NCBI GenBank assembly: GCA_012026655.1
Contig: JAAILG010000411.1
Location: 1 to 64,000 of the forward strand
Length of the DNA: 64,000 nucleotides
Source of the DNA: Hydrolagus affinis
Lineage: Eukaryota
Direction of reading: 5' to 3'
Of this stretch, positions 12,147 through 26,077 are shown one piece after another. The notes below the pieces were generated by a model that did not search any database, had not been told where the DNA came from, and saw only the letters and a program-made list of their open reading frames with translations. Within the stretch, counting starts at the first letter, position 1, and the number at the start of each line of letters is the position of its first letter. Position numbers and translations under genes: made by a program.

Positions 12147-12744
12147 CAGCCAAATGTCTAACCAAGGGTGTGAATAGCTTTTCATGAAATTCATTTTGGA
12201 GATGATTATCAGGGCTTTGTCTTTATTTTACTGGCAAGCCAGAATTTTGGCAGTAATTGCAAGAGTGCTTTAAATTCCCATTTCTCATTATCCAAGATAA
12301 CTAACTTTTAAATATGTGACTGCGCGTAAATAGCCCATACTTCAGAAAATGAGAGAGCTAGCAATTTGGAAGTGTAAATGAGAGTATTAATATGTAAAGA
12401 TTATTTCCTTGAGGTTATAATTTTAATGCAATTTGTGCTGGAGGGAGGTTGGGGGGGGTGGGGGGGGGGGGCGCGGGAGGAGAAGACAAATAATGGTACC
12501 GATTGCCAAAGAGTAGATAAATTAATGCAATAAAAGGAGTACTTGTGTTTGTATCTTTCCCATGAGAAGTCTTACCCGAAAAGAATGAAGGCGTCTGAAG
12601 AATCGTTGCATAAGGCACAAGAGGAAACGTGTACTGAGCCATGTTGAAAAGTGCAGCGATTAATTAATAGTTTTACCGCAAATGAAATGACCCGAACAAG
12701 CTCCTCACCAACCTCCTGGCATGAGATGAACGAGTCTCGCAACA

Positions 12745-12848
12745 TGTACAGTCAACACACTTTACAGTATATTCTGTGAAGCGCATTGGGATGCCTCGAA
12801 GATGTGGTGAGGCGCGATATCAAATGCAAGGATTATTATTATTAATAT
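12745..12848 (+). mobile_element. SINE 3' tail fragment
   Basis: CACTTTACAGTATATTCTGTGAAGCGC..ATATCAAATGCAAGGATTATTATT. Confidence 0.85.
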
Positions 12849-12944
12849 TAGTGGTAATTTATAGATTGAGAAAGAAGTTGATCTCAGTTCTGCGTTAAGA
12901 ATCATTATGTAATTCCCTATCTGCAGTCCATTCTAGGTTAAGAT

Positions 12945-13260
12945 AAATAATAATAATCCTTGCATTTGATATAGCACTTTCCATGTATTCTAGACGTCTC
13001 TAAGCGCTTCACAGAATATACTGCAAAGTGAATTTACTGAAGATTTGTGGGTGAAACTCAGCAGCCAATTGCACACAGCAGTGTCCCACAAACAGTTGTG
13101 GATTGAAATGAGCAATTTATTATAGGTTTTTTGATGAATTAGTATTAGGTAAGTGGAGTAAGGAAATTTGTCCAAGGTTTTGCCCTGACCTGCCTGGATT
13201 CTAAACACAGGTCTCACACTTGTAAGGCGAGTGCTCTAGCCACTGAGCTACAGGACTCCA
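12945..13260 (-). mobile_element. Full-length tRNA/Deu SINE, subfamily A
   Basis: Head GGAGTCCTGTAGCTCAGTGGCTAGAGC on the minus strand, Deu core and (ATT)n tail. Confidence 0.92.
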
Positions 13261-13562
13261 CTATCTGACTGAATAATTGGGAGATGTAAACAGGAATGTT
13301 AGTCCATGCATTGGAGCTCACACAGTCCAGTTAATGCTTTCAGATTTTCATTTAGGTTCTACCACAGTAACAGTGCAGAAATTAGACTTCCAGCTGTGCA
13401 TTCTGTTTCTTTATTAATAGTGATCTGTCCTTCTGTGCTGTAATATTCTATCATTCTATCTGAATAGTTTTTTAACCTTTTCACAAGTGTCACATGTTTC
13501 CCCTGGGATTTCCCTTGATGGTCCTGACCTGAACCGCCACCGACTACAATGCTCTAATTTAG

Positions 13563-13896
13563 TAATCCTTGCATTTGATAATAATAATAATACTTACATT
13601 GTTGATATAGTGCTTTTCACGTCTTCTAGACGTCTTAAAGCGCTTCACAGAATATACTGTATATTGAATTCACTGTATTTTGTGGGCGAAATGCAGAAGC
13701 CGATTGCGCACAGCAGTGTCCCCACAGTCGTGGACTGAAATGACGAATTTTATGATTGTGTTCTTTTTTGGAGGGATTATTATTAGGCGTGTGGAGTAAG
13801 GAAACTTGCCCAGGGTTTCGCCTTGATCTGCCTGGATTCGAACGCATGTCTCACGGCTTGTATTTGAGTGCTCTAATCACTGAGCTACAGGATTCA
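13563..13896 (-). mobile_element. Full-length tRNA/Deu SINE, subfamily A, with an extra tail stub
   Basis: B box GTTCGAATCC on the minus strand, Deu core; duplicated tail stub at 13563-13580. Confidence 0.9.
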
Positions 13897-15182
13897 ACAA
13901 TTGGGCAATTTGACAATATTGTGTCTCTTTTTTGCTGCAAAGTTGCATTCTGTTTACACAGAATCCCCCCCCACCCCGCTTAAAAATTGAGCATTCACTT
14001 CATGCTGTGTTTGTGGGACATTGCTGTGGGCAAACTAGCTGTCATGTTTGTCTTCAATCATAACACTTTAGAGTAAAAACCTTGTGAGGCACTTTGTGAT
14101 GTTCTCCTGACATAAAGGCACTGTATTGAATGAAGGAATTGCATTATTGTTTGTGTTATTGCATTGTGCCGATTGTATCAGAAATTTGGCACAATAGATT
14201 TGATATAAATGTTTTGTATGTGTGGTGTGTGTGTGTGTGTGTGTGCTACTTATACCCTGCTTTTCTTGGCAGCAGGTTGGAGATGGCTTATTTGCCTCTA
14301 GCGTGATTAAGAGCCAATCGAGATCATACTTAAATTGCGGTGGGAGAAAGAAGTTTGATTGCAATTTACAGAGACAGATTCCAGCATTAACTAATGCGAT
14401 TCTTTGGAGTTGGTTTCAATAGCACTAAACTATGAGGAAATTGCTTAATAAAGCATATTCCATTCAATTTGCTTGTGTTGAAGTATCTGCATATTGACTA
14501 TGTGATGAAGCCAAACAGAGAGAAAAGAGAAAGTAATATGAAAGTTACCTGGGTGGAACTGGAAACAATACTGAAGACAGGGACTCAGTTAAAAACTGGT
14601 ATATTATGCCATGGTTTGCAGTTCTATTTCTATCTAATTGTCATTGCCTCTCTGGTGTGTGTTCCAAGCGAAGCTAGAGAAATGAAAATCGTGTTTTCCG
14701 GACTTTACAGACATATTCTGCTGATTTTTAACAAAGCGTCAGTCAGCACTGTACATTTGCCTGTACGCAGGGAGAAATCCAGATGAGAACTTCTATTGGG
14801 AAGGGACACACACAAAGGCAACCTTTAACCGCTTGTCCAGGCTAGGCTGCCCTTCACCAATCAGCCATGGTCTTCCAGCCATAAGGACAAATCTGCAACT
14901 GTGGGTTTCTTTGATGAGCCAGATAGGGAAATCATCCATTATCAGTGTCTAGGATTACCATTGGCCTCCTCAGAAGCAGTGCCTTTCCCTTCCGAATGTC
15001 CCACACCTCATGTGGCTTTCGTGCAGATTTTATGGATTCCCAATAGCCTGATTATGCTCGGGATCCACTGTCCATACATACGTATGTAAGCTCATCTTCA
15101 AGCTGCAATGGTGTCGCTGCTCAACAGTGACTTGCCTTGACATTAGTGCCCTCCAAGCAGGGTAGCATCTTGGAGCGCTGTA

Positions 15183-15423
15183 CAGGTAGACTTCGCTTAA
15201 CATTGCTTCGGTCAACGTTTCGTTATTACGTTGCTGAAATATATATTCATTTAACGTCATGACGTTCACGATTATGTTGTTCGTGCGGGTGGAAAGAAAC
15301 TACTTTGGGTAGCGTAGGCTTACGTAGAGACTCTGAACGTCCGATATTCTTGCACGGGTTCACTTAACTTAAAGTCGCGCTTTTTGCAAACACACAACTG
15401 CAACGTTAAACGAGGACTAAGTA
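15183..15423. mobile_element. Tc1/mariner Tigger-like MITE
   Basis: Imperfect 24-bp TIRs CAGGTAGACTTCGCTTAACATTGC / GCAACGTTAAACGAGGACTAAGTA with TA on both sides (15181-82, 15424-25). Confidence 0.75.
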
Positions 15424-15630
15424 TACCTTGAGTGCTCATAATGCGTGGTGGTGTCTGCATGCCAGTGGGACTCGGACTTGTGCTGTTCCTAGTCTGATTC
15501 TAAATGATTTGGCTCATTTGGGTTTGAGAAGCAGTTGGAGAGGGTGGCGAAGGCAAACCAGGGGTCCTGGCAAACCGTGCTAGAGGATGACAATCGCAGA
15601 CATGCCCTTGGGGAGGCCCCAGGTTTACTG

Positions 15631-15960
15631 TGGAGCTCCTCTAGCTCAGTAGTTAGAGCACTTGCCTTAAACAAGCGTGAGACCTGTGTTCGAATCCAGG
15701 CGGGTCAGGGCGAAACCTTGGCCAAGTTTCCTTACTCCACACGCCTAATAATAATCCATCCAAAAAAAACCACAATAATAAAATTGGTCATTTCAATCCA
15801 CGACTGTTTATGGGGACACTGCTGTGCGCAATTGGCTGTCGCGTTTCGCCCGCAAATATAGTCAATTCACTTTACAGTATATTCTGAGAAGCGCTTTGAA
15901 ACGTCAATAAGATATGAAAAAGCACTATACCAAAATGCAAGGATTAATATTATTATTATT
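15631..15960 (+). mobile_element. Full-length tRNA/Deu SINE, subfamily A
   Basis: A box TAGCTCAGTAG, B box GTTCGAATCC, Deu core, stem-loop and (ATT)n tail. Confidence 0.93.
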
Positions 15961-16532
15961 GAACAGTTCAAAAGTGCAGTTTGGCCCAGCTGATGAAATA
16001 TTGCAGGAGGCCTGAATTTGGCCAATGGACCATTTATCGTGCAATACTGTTAAGTGTAGCAGCAGTGTCAAATATCAAAACATCCGTACCTATGAGAATG
16101 GCAATAAATCACTTGAGTGAGATCATTAGGGCTCGATTGCTCGTGATCTGATTGACTTGTAACCAAACTGCTGATCTCAGTTTTTTTTAAGCTTCACCAA
16201 TGGAATTGTGAATGCCCCCAAATAGCTTCCCCCACCCCCCCCCCACCCCCACCCCCCACCCCCCGAGTGTACCAGCGAATAACAGTGACGTTTTTGTTTA
16301 AGTCTGTGCCAAATCTGTCATCTTGAGTTTGGTATTTTTATAACTATATTTGAGCTGACAGCGTGCATATGCACTTAAAAGCCAGGGACACGTGATTGCC
16401 CAAATCCTTATATTGCTGAGCATAGACACTGCTGTGTACATTGTGCAAGTGCGTATTTATTTTACGAACCTATTAATTATTCTACGGATTTAAAAAAAAA
16501 CTAATCCTGGGGTTGAAAAACTACACAAGATA

Positions 16533-16938
16533 TCTCCATGTCTCTCCCAGCAATCAAGTTTTGTTTCTGCTTTTCAAATGCCTCCAATCCTCTGCACTCC
16601 CCTACCTCTCTGACCTCTCTCCTCACAACAATACCCGTTGCCTTCGCTCCACCGTGTCTGGCCTCTTCCTTGTCCCCCGAAACCTCCGCTCCACCATCGG
16701 CGGCCATGCCTTCAGCCACCACGCCCCGAGGCTCTGGAACTCCCTTCCTCACTCCCTTCACCTCGCTCCCTCTTTTCCTACTTTCAGGTCTCGGCTAAAG
16801 ACCTTTATTGTCAACCGCTTTCGGTCACTTTCTTCTCCCTCGCACTGGCTCAGCCCCGCCGTCCGTTATTAGGAAGCGCTCTGAGATACCATCCGGCATG
16901 GAGGGTGCTGTATAAATCCAAGTTGCTGTTGTTGCTGC
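16533..16938 (+). mobile_element. L2 LINE 3' fragment
   Basis: Translation [35 protein letters not shown]; stem-loop and (TTG)n tail. Confidence 0.92.
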
Positions 16939-17339
16939 TTTGCTTGCCAACCACTGTAAAATCTGCCATGAATTTGTTAGCGAGCTGGCTCAATTCTGAT
17001 TACAATTATTATCAAACCGGCTTCCTCCGAAGCTCCAGCTTTGCATATTCGAGAAAATATTGCTCATTATCCAACTCCATAATTTCTACGTTAATTAATT
17101 TTTAATACTTGGGCATTGAATATTTTTTAAAAGAATGCTAGAGCTGAAGGAAATTGAAACGTTCAAGACTCTCTTCGATTTATTGCTCTTACCGTAGTGC
17201 TTAATAATAGAAATTGAGCTTCCGAAGCTGTACTTTTGTCAGAATGTGTCTCGGGAGCCGAAAGCTACAGCGAGGCAAGCTTCACTTGGCCAGATTGCAA
17301 CACAATGCACGGATGACGTACTGTGGTATTGATCTTGCC

Positions 17340-17486
17340 TCTCCTTGAGTTGACATCTCATCCGAAAGATGGCACCTCCAACAATGCAGCACACGCCAAG
17401 CATTGCATTTGGAGTGTCAGCAAATCCTGACGTCGGGCTTCCACCCACAACCCTTTGACTCAGAGGCATCTGAGCCAGGCTGACGC
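17340..17486 (-). mobile_element. SacSINE1-like 5' part
   Basis: CATCTCATCCGAAAGATGGCACCTCCAACAATGCAGCAC..TGACTCAGAGGC..CTGAGCCAGGCTGAC. Confidence 0.75.
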
Positions 17487-17602
17487 ACCGTAAATCTTTA
17501 TTTTGAAATATGTTACTTGAACACTTCACAATTTGCATTCGTACAACGCCTTTTCATAGTGAGAGAACATCTCAAAGCATTTCAGGCAGCTGAACTTACA
17601 TA

Positions 17603-17960
17603 TAATAATAATAATAATAATCCTAGCATGTGATATAAAGACCCAATTACGTCTTTGAGACGTCTTAAAGCACTCCACAGAAAAGTGTAAAAGAAAGCGC
17701 ATTAATGTAAAGTGAATTGACAGTATATTTTGTGGGCAAAACGAGGCCGGCAAATGTGCACAGCAATGCCCCACAAGCAGTTGTTGATTGAGTAACCAAA
17801 ATTTTTTTTTATGAATCTATTTTTGAAAGGATTATTACCCCCGGAAAAGCGATCTAACCATTCAAATAACAACCAGGTTCCTACTTACTAATAGGTAAAC
17901 ACAGTGGATAAGGAAATTTGTCTAATATTTCTCCCTGCCCGAGAATTGAACCCTGGCCCA
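17603..17960 (-). mobile_element. tRNA/Deu SINE, subfamily B (decayed)
   Basis: Tail, Deu core and the subfamily-B extra segment (TAACAACCAGGTTCCTACTTACT). Confidence 0.8.
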
Positions 17961-19039
17961 TTTGAGCTTGTGGGGAGGGAAAGGGTTTGAAAGCTGAGGA
18001 GAATGTGGATGATTTGGTTCAGGAGTAAATTGACTGAAAGGGCAGCTGAAGGGAGAGTCCTGTATTTAATCCTTTTATTTATATTGTGTGGAGAGGACAA
18101 AAGTGACATTTCATGGACCTGTTTGTGCTGATCGATGAAAGTGAGTTACATTCCCTCTGTTTGTACGTTGACAAAATTTACACTGAAAGCTCAGTCCTGT
18201 GTCCATTGATCCTCGAGCAACAGATGCCACTGGCTGGCGTATGTTGAGTCATAAGATTGAAAGGTAAGATTGAAAGCATTGAGTGTTAAGTTTGCTGAAC
18301 TGGAATACTACATGTTTGCTCAGTAGGACAGCATATATAACTGCGTCAGAAGGCTTTTCCTTGTCTAGGCCTTGCTTGCAAAGCAGCTGATTTGGTCGAG
18401 TCGGTCACTGTGGTGCTAGAGAGCATCAATGTCTCATGGTGTCAATGGGCTCCAGCCTCGGAGCTGAGTTTGTGATGTCAAAAAGATGCTTTTGCAATTG
18501 GAAACAGCGCAAATGACCTGTAAAAAACACACACACGCACTTACTCTGTATGGTCCATAAATACTTGACCGATTAATCCGTAACTGCTCAAGAGATCATT
18601 GACGTAAGATGATAAAACGAGCAAATGGGGAAGTTGGAATGTTTTCGTGCACGGTTAGGGTCCAGAAGCCCCTTCACGAGCGAACTAGACAATAGAGTGA
18701 CCGAATCTCTCCCATTTCTAGGAACAGTCCCTAGATAAGGTATTGTGTCCCTAACCACGTTTGCTGTAAATTCCTACGGTTCTTTGTTACTGGTTCTTGC
18801 ATAAAGGTAGAAATCTGTGTAGAAATAGAACAAAACATGTTCCACATCAGTTTCGTTACAATTAAAATGATGAGTTCAGTTACTGTGACAAGTGGTGCTG
18901 TTTGAAATAAATTGCAGTTAACACATATCAACACCCACTCGTCTGCTCGTGAGAGAAGCTTTGGCGTTTCCTCGTGCATTTTCACTCTTATCCAATGCGA
19001 TCAGTGCATGGATGAGCACCTCGCAGGAATTACTTGCTC

Positions 19040-19235
19040 ATGTAGTCACTGTGCATTTTGTCGGTGAACACGGCAGCCAATTCGCACAACCATGAAATGA
19101 GTGGCCAGTTTTAACTAGGGATTTAGGGCCAGGACACTGTGGCGAAACCTCCCCTCTGTTTTCGAATACTGTCATGGCATCTTTAATATCCACTGATAAT
19201 CTAGCACTTCATTGCACTGTCAGCCTAGATTTAGT
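19040..19235 (-). mobile_element. SacSINE1-like Deu fragment
   Basis: CGGCAGCCAATTCGCACA..GGCCAGGACAC..TGTCATGGCATCTTTAATATCCAC. Confidence 0.6.
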
Positions 19236-19246
19236 CTAAATTGCTT

Positions 19247-19430
19247 AAATTGGTCATTTCAATCCACAACTGTTTATGGGAAGCTGCTGCGCGAAATTGG
19301 CTGCCGCGTTTTGCTCACAAATGTACAGTCAGTTCACTTAACAGTACTTATATTCTGTGAAGCGCTTTGAGATGTCTAGAAGATGTGAAAAGCGCTATAT
19401 CAAAATGCAAGGATTATTATGATTATTATA
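19247..19430 (+). mobile_element. 5'-truncated tRNA/Deu SINE
   Basis: AAATTGGTCATTTCAATCCAC..AAAGCGCTATATCAAAATGCAAGGATTATTA. Confidence 0.9.
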
Positions 19431-22400
19431 TATTAGATTTAAGAGTTTAAAGTCCTGATGTACAGCTTCAACCGACAGCCTTCTGACTTCCAACAGAGCC
19501 AGGCCAACATTATTATTCATGGTTTTGCAGATGCCTTGCAATGGGGGTAAACATCTGATTGAGGTATATTGCGCTCAACACTTCATGCTGTATACCGATC
19601 AGCTAAAACCAGAGAATGTTGCAGTACAGAAATTAGGCCATTCAGCCCATAAATTTTTCATTGAATGCTCTGCTCTATATGCGGAGGGAAAGAAATTCCA
19701 CGGGTCCCGATTGACTCTATTTTCTTCATGTTTCAGAGTGTCCAGAATTCGCTGAATCCTTCAATTTGAAGCTTTTTTTCTGTACATTTGTCTGAAGAAC
19801 CACTGAAAATCAGTTTCAAAGCCTGAATGGAGCAACTGGCACAATCTGACATGCAAAGTATTGTAGATAGAGCAATCCTAGACCTGATTGGAATTTCTCC
19901 GCCTATGTGACCAAAAACTGGACACATCCTCCATCTGTGCCTTAACTAACTTGTGCAGGTTTGACTTTCGCTTGCCTTTTGCGCCCTATGATATCAAGAG
20001 CTCCACTGAGCTCCAAACATTGGAGGCAGGGTCTACTGAGATTAATTTTGCGAAGCAGTCTTAGCCACAACCAGTGGGCATATAGCATTGCGCATAGAGT
20101 CAGGACGTATCTCTTCCATGGGCACTTAGACAGTGACCAGCGCTTGCTGTCATATCTTGGCTTTGGGACTTGCCAGAATTTGCGTTGCCTTGGTTTTGTC
20201 CTGTGCTGCAGCTCGGGCCTGTCAGTGTTGATCTCATTAAGTGGCAGAGGAACATCTCAAAGCCTGCCACCGGTTTTTGACCTCCACTACCCTCTCAGGA
20301 GTAACCTGTCCTCAGCTCTCGCCTCTCAGCTCCCCTCGCCCCAGGGTCCAGTCACATCTTTCTTTCTAAAAGTGCGTGAGTGAGTAAATACACACTATCT
20401 TGAATTGCACTGGTACAATCTATTACATCCCTGGGTTCCTGCACCTCCAGTGATCGCCCCATCTACAACAAAACTGACATCTGGCCCAGTTAAAACCCCT
20501 TTGTTGTGAATTCAGCACAGCCTGTCTTTTATCGCTGGCCTGTATACGGTTACATACAGATTGATTGATAACGGAGAATATTACAAGATGCATTCAGTGA
20601 TTTAAGAGCTCCCGTTGGGCTCCTGCTTAGAAAAAAAAGGCAAAGAAAGGTCACACCACATTGTTCCTTGAATTCCAAGCACATTTCATTTGATAACTAC
20701 AATGTGCATTACATCCTTTTCGCACAGGAGTCTTTATACTCCCCAATCTCCTGCCTCGAGGCAGGAACTTAATGGATCCGATGACTTGATTTCTCACCTA
20801 TTTTTGTGCATTTGACCAGATGAGCTACATTTGAGACAGCGGATGTCAGTCTTCCATCAAGTGCTGACAGCCGGGGAGGGAACCCTCTCTTGCCTGAACT
20901 CTTTGGGGGTGAAATTTCATGACGTTTTACTTTTTTGGCATTTGTTACAGCGCTTTTCACACTGGGAGGAGGTGTCTAAGGACATCACAGGATTTTACTG
21001 GAAGTGAGGTGACTGTATTTTGTAGGCAATCTGCGCACCTCAATGACCCATAAACAGCCAGCCATGAAGTGAAGTCATCAATATTTATCTGGTAGATTGT
21101 TGGCCAAGAGACAGGGAGGAACTCCCTTCTCTATCAATTTAGTGTCATGGGATCTTTCGCAGTGTGGTGAATGTTTAGGAGAAGGTCATCTTCCTGGCCT
21201 TTGGTTTGGGCAACAGCGTCGCAGATAAGAATAATAATCCTTGCATTTTGACACAATGCCTTATCGGGTCATCGAGATGTTTCCGAGCACTTCACAGGAT
21301 TTTTACAGTTTGGTGTAAGACGGAAGAAAATAAGAACAGTAAGGCTTCAATTTAACATCCTGAAAGAATTAAAAACTCAGGCCTCGGCCTGCAGTGTAAC
21401 ATATTGAGAGCAATTGAATTATTCGCTTTATTTTTGTTTTGAAATCAGCCCCTTAGTTCTCCAGTAAACAAATAGTGTATTCAATAAGATATTCTGTTGT
21501 ATTGTTCAGTGCGTCCCTAAAGGATAGTTTGAATTTCTACTTTTGTATTGTAGTGACTAGGTTTAACCCAAGCTATAAAACACTACACTTAACAAAATAT
21601 ACATACGCCACACACACAGACGTGTAACACATCACACAAGGAGGCGTGCCACACACACACACACACACACACCCCACCACACACACAGGTTTGGAACTCA
21701 CACACACACCACTGATAAAAGCCTTATACCAGTCTCCGACAATTTTAAACCAAATTGAGGTAGGGATTTTTTTTATAGGATACCAGGGAGACCCTTAACA
21801 GCCGTCACTGAATGAGAGAGGAACGTTTCTCCTTCTGTCGGATATAAAACCCATTTCCAGAGAGAGAATAGATGGATAGCAGAGACGGCTCTGATCTCTT
21901 TTGTTCTCAATCCTCTCTCTCGCATGTTGAAACTGCATGGTTAACCATTTAACTCAAGTTGTCACCCGCTCGCTCTGATGGGCCGAGAGGTGTAACCCCA
22001 AAACATTCTCAGCTGTGGAGTTGCATTGCAAAGGGTTAAGTAGTCATTGCATCTTTCTGGTCCTGTGTCTAAGGATGGACGCACATCCAGCATGTGTACA
22101 AGCTTGTTCATTAATGAGTAATGTTTGTCTCACTGAAAATCAGAGACTGACTCTAATAGGATAAAAGATATGACAGATTGTAAAATTAAGATAAATGGTT
22201 ATTATATACCTGTGTTATCCATCTGAGGCGCGCGTGTGTGTGTATGTGTGTGTGTACTGTACGTTTTTTGCTAATACTGTACAGTGCTTATGACCAGTGA
22301 GGTGTGTTTTCTGGTGTATTCCTTAGTGACCAAAGCTTTGGGATGTCCTCCCAACATGTGAGGCGCTATACAAGTGTAGTTTTATATTCGTTCCCAAGGC

Positions 22401-23149
22401 ACGCCAGTTAAGATTGCTTTAGCAATGTCGCTTTGCTGAATAAACCAGAGGATTTGGTTCCTATTTGAGCATTCAGTGTTTGCTCAAGAATATAATAATG
22501 GTTACCAGCCCCAATGTGATGTCTGGTTAGGTGACCATCATGTATAGACTGAGAAGGTCGCAACCTCAATCTGTGCAGCTCAGTCTGTGCAGTGAGTTGA
22601 CGGGGAAGATTTACCTGACCAAGAAATGGTTTCGTGATAAAACTCCACTGAGACTAGGTCCCATTCCCACTTTCACCACTCTGGACTTGTGTTAACCTTT
22701 CCCTCCTGTCTGCTTTAGTGTTTTTTTTTCAGCCCTGTTCCTGGTGCAATGTGGCTCTGTAGACCTCTCGGGCATCGGTGACTTTTCACCGATGTTTCAG
22801 TCCAGAACAGTTGCTGTATCTCTGCACTTCCTATCAATGACCCCCTAAGAAACAATTAAGAGACTGATTGGTGGTGGGATTGTTCTCTCAGCCTGTGGTT
22901 GATTAATCTCCCACCCTTATGTTATTTTGTGAGAAACCAAATTTGTCCAATTGTTGCCTAATCCTCTCCAGACTATCCCGAGTCCTTATAACCAGGTTGA
23001 TCTGTGATGAGAGACTCTTAAACTCGAAGCTTCAGGTAAGACCCTGCTACAGGGGGAAGTGGCTGACTGCAATGTACAACATTTCCATTTTGTAATGTGT
23101 CTTGGGACCAAAATTCAAAGCTAAATTATAGAATAAATCACAAAAGATG

Positions 23150-23665
23150 GGAGGGCAGCTGAAAGCAAGGTCGAAAAGGAGGGTCGTCAGACCAGCCTTG
23201 AAGGAGGCAAGGGAGGAGGTGAAGTGAGGGATTGTGGGATCGAGTTTCAGAGTGTGGGGGCGGAGAAGCTGAAAGCCTGGCCACTGGATGGTAGGGCGGG
23301 TCAGGCAGGAGACATGGAGCAGACTGCAGCCCACTGAACGGAGGGAGTGGGCAGGTTGGTAGGGAATCAGCAGGTCAGAGAGGTAGGAGAGGACAAGGCC
23401 ATGGATGGCCTTGAAAGTGAGGACGATGATCTTGAATTCTTATCTTCTGGCGGGTGGGGAGCCAATGGAGCCGAACGAGGGTGCAAGTGATGGGGTCGCG
23501 GAGCCAGGTACGGGAGAGGACGTGAGCTGCCGAGCTTTGGATGATAATAAAAATAATAATCCTTGCCTGATCTGCAGCTTGTGAATGGAAGAGTTGGGAA
23601 AGGCCGACGAGGACGGAGTTTCCATAGTCAAGCCTTGATGTGACGAATGCATGGGTGAAGGTTTA
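23150..23665 (-). mobile_element. Decayed L2 LINE fragment containing a SINE tail stub
   Basis: Antisense of ..HWLP..RIQDH / SSLASFKAGLTTLLFDLAF; AAT stub at about 23545-23567. Confidence 0.8.
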
Positions 23666-25204
23666 ATGTTGAGAATGCCTCAAAGCATTACAAAAAGTGT
23701 TTGCACAGTGCAATAGCTGCATTTGTAAATGGATGCAGTGGGCAATTTGTACACAGCAATAGGCCAAGAATGATCTCAACATGTGCATATCAGAGATACA
23801 TCTTTTACACATAGAGTCAGGGAAGTGTGCAGCTATTACAGATATATATATTTGTATTATATATATTATATTTCTAAGATTGGCTTAAATGACTGACTCC
23901 CTGTGCATAATTGTATGTCTTCATCAAGGCATACCATAAACATAAATTAACTTAAGAGTCGCCTGGTATCAAAATAGTATTCATTATTGGCGTTTAATTG
24001 ACTTTGAGTAGATAATGGCCATAAACATGTCATTTCAGCAGGCAAGCAGAGCAGAAATTATTGCCCACTGACATTTCGAGAGACTAGCTGTAGCCTTGTC
24101 GTAATGGGTAGAATTTTATTTACACACACAATCAGCTAAAAATCACAGCAAAAATTACTGTTGCATTGCAGTTTATAGTCTTTCTACCATCATTTTTAGC
24201 ACCAGGAAAGAACTCTTCTTTTATGTTGATAACTTCTTGTTTCAGAACTAGCTTCCAAGTTACAATTGAATTCACAAAGTCTTAAGTTGTACAATGAAAT
24301 AGTCTTGACAGTCTGAAGGTAGGGTCAAATTTTTAGCCTTGCTATCCTAACCTTCATAGGATAAAAAACTATCTTTCGAGCAATTTATCCCCATATACTG
24401 CACTCTTCGCATCATTGAAATCTTCCCAAAAGTGGAATAAAGATTACAATTCTAATCACAGATGGCGAGGTTTCCATTCGGTTCCTCAGTTGCCACTGAA
24501 TATCTCGGTGTTGGAAAAGGTTGGGCTGCAATAGTTTTAAGATTCTTATTTCTTTGAAAGCTATTCATCAGGACAATCTCCCTCTCTCCCTCCCTCGCTC
24601 GCTTGGAGGATTAAAATCGTAAAACTTTCGATGGGAAACGCAATGACAATTGAGTAAAGAATGACTGATAGTTTAACAACTGATAACATGAAGCAAATTT
24701 AGCAGCATTGAAACGGAATGCAATCTGCCTGAAGCACATTGTCTTCAAAATGAAAGTCTTGTAGTGTACATAATTCTTGAGGACAAGCTCTATTTTGGAG
24801 ATGCTACAGTTCACTGCACTGTTGTTGCCTTGCCTGGTGGCACCTGTTGCAACCCTTTGCGGAGATCTTCGGAGCTTTTCAAAATGTCCTTGTTTTTTTA
24901 GACTGTCAAGGAACATCTCTCTCTGCTTAATGGTTGGCCTGGGAAGAACAAAACCAAACCTCATTGCTACGAAATCTGTTGTTATTGCGCAGTGGGGAAG
25001 GGTTCACGAAATTTCATGCCATGGTTGGCTTCAAGCTGCGAGGGGTGGGAGGGTGAGTGTACAGTGGAGAGAGGACAAGCAAGATTCTAAGGGTTTTGCT
25101 GCACCTTAGATTACCCCAAAAAGCTTCACCCATTTTACATGTTATAATCATGAGTTACAAGTGTTAGGCTTGCTCATCTTCAAATATGACCTTGCTTTGC
25201 ATGG

Positions 25205-25490
25205 AGATTGAGGAGTGAGCGTCACCAAGCTGTTTGACATGTGGATTTTAAAACCAAGCTTGGTCTCATCCTCACCCAATACTTTCTCTCACACGCGCGC
25301 ACACACTCTAGAGGTTACAGATGGCAAGTGAAACCAGAAACTTAAGCTAACAACAACAAAATTACATTTGTATAGCATGTTTCACATTGGGATGACGTCA
25401 AAACTAATTTTCTTCCACCTCCACCCTTCTTTGTTTTGACTGAAGACTATTGAAGCTAATATAGTAGGTAGCGCTCCTATTGATGTACAA
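25205..25490 (-). mobile_element. AmnSINE2-like remnant interrupted by an L2 stub (about 25349-25400)
   Basis: AGTGAGCGTCACCAAGCTGTTTGAC..TCCTCACCC..CACACGCGC..GTAGCGCTCCTA resembles the reverse complement of the AmnSINE2 consensus as recalled. Confidence 0.5.
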
Positions 25491-25619
25491 TCAAACCATT
25501 GCACCTTAGAAAGATGGTGTCAGAATAACAGCCAAATTGTAAGTTGTCAAATTTCTGCAATTTAGTTGTGAAGAGCAGTGTGAAAGGTCTCTCGCCAACT
25601 CAACATCCTATGTGCATCT

Positions 25620-25750
25620 ATAATAATAATAATCATAAGAATCTTCATAATCCTTGCATTTGATAGAGTGCTTTATCACGCCTTTGAGATGTCTCAAAGT
25701 GCTTCACAGAATATAGTGTAAAGTGAACTGACTGTATATTTTTTGGGCGG
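25620..25750 (-). mobile_element. SINE 3' tail fragment
   Basis: AATCCTTGCATTTGATAGAGTGC..CTCAAAGTGCTTCACAGAATATAGTGTAAAGTGAA. Confidence 0.85.
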
Positions 25751-26077
25751 CTGTTGATATCTGTGGAAACATGGCGCAAATAGCGCGTAATGTTGGACAT
25801 ATTATTCAGCTCAGCTTGAATTTAAAAAAAAAGTAATTGTTGCTAGACCCAGTGAACTCACCGAAGAGCTTGTATGAATGTTTTTCTCTTCATTACAAGT
25901 ACCCTACATCCTCTGAAGGCAGTAAAGGTTTATGTAGATTCTAACCAGTCACCAACTCTGGCCCGATGCCATTCCCTAATGGTAAGAAGACTAGTGGAGA
26001 ATGTCAAACCTACAATATAGTAATGCGTCAGCTAGGCTGGTCGTACGCGAGTGGATGTTTGACTGCATTTACTCAAG

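Noticed and set aside
14277-14422. Exon candidate QVGDGLFASSVIKSQSRSYLNC
   Set aside because: The acceptor is plausible but the donor is weak and I cannot match the peptide; more likely non-coding unique sequence.
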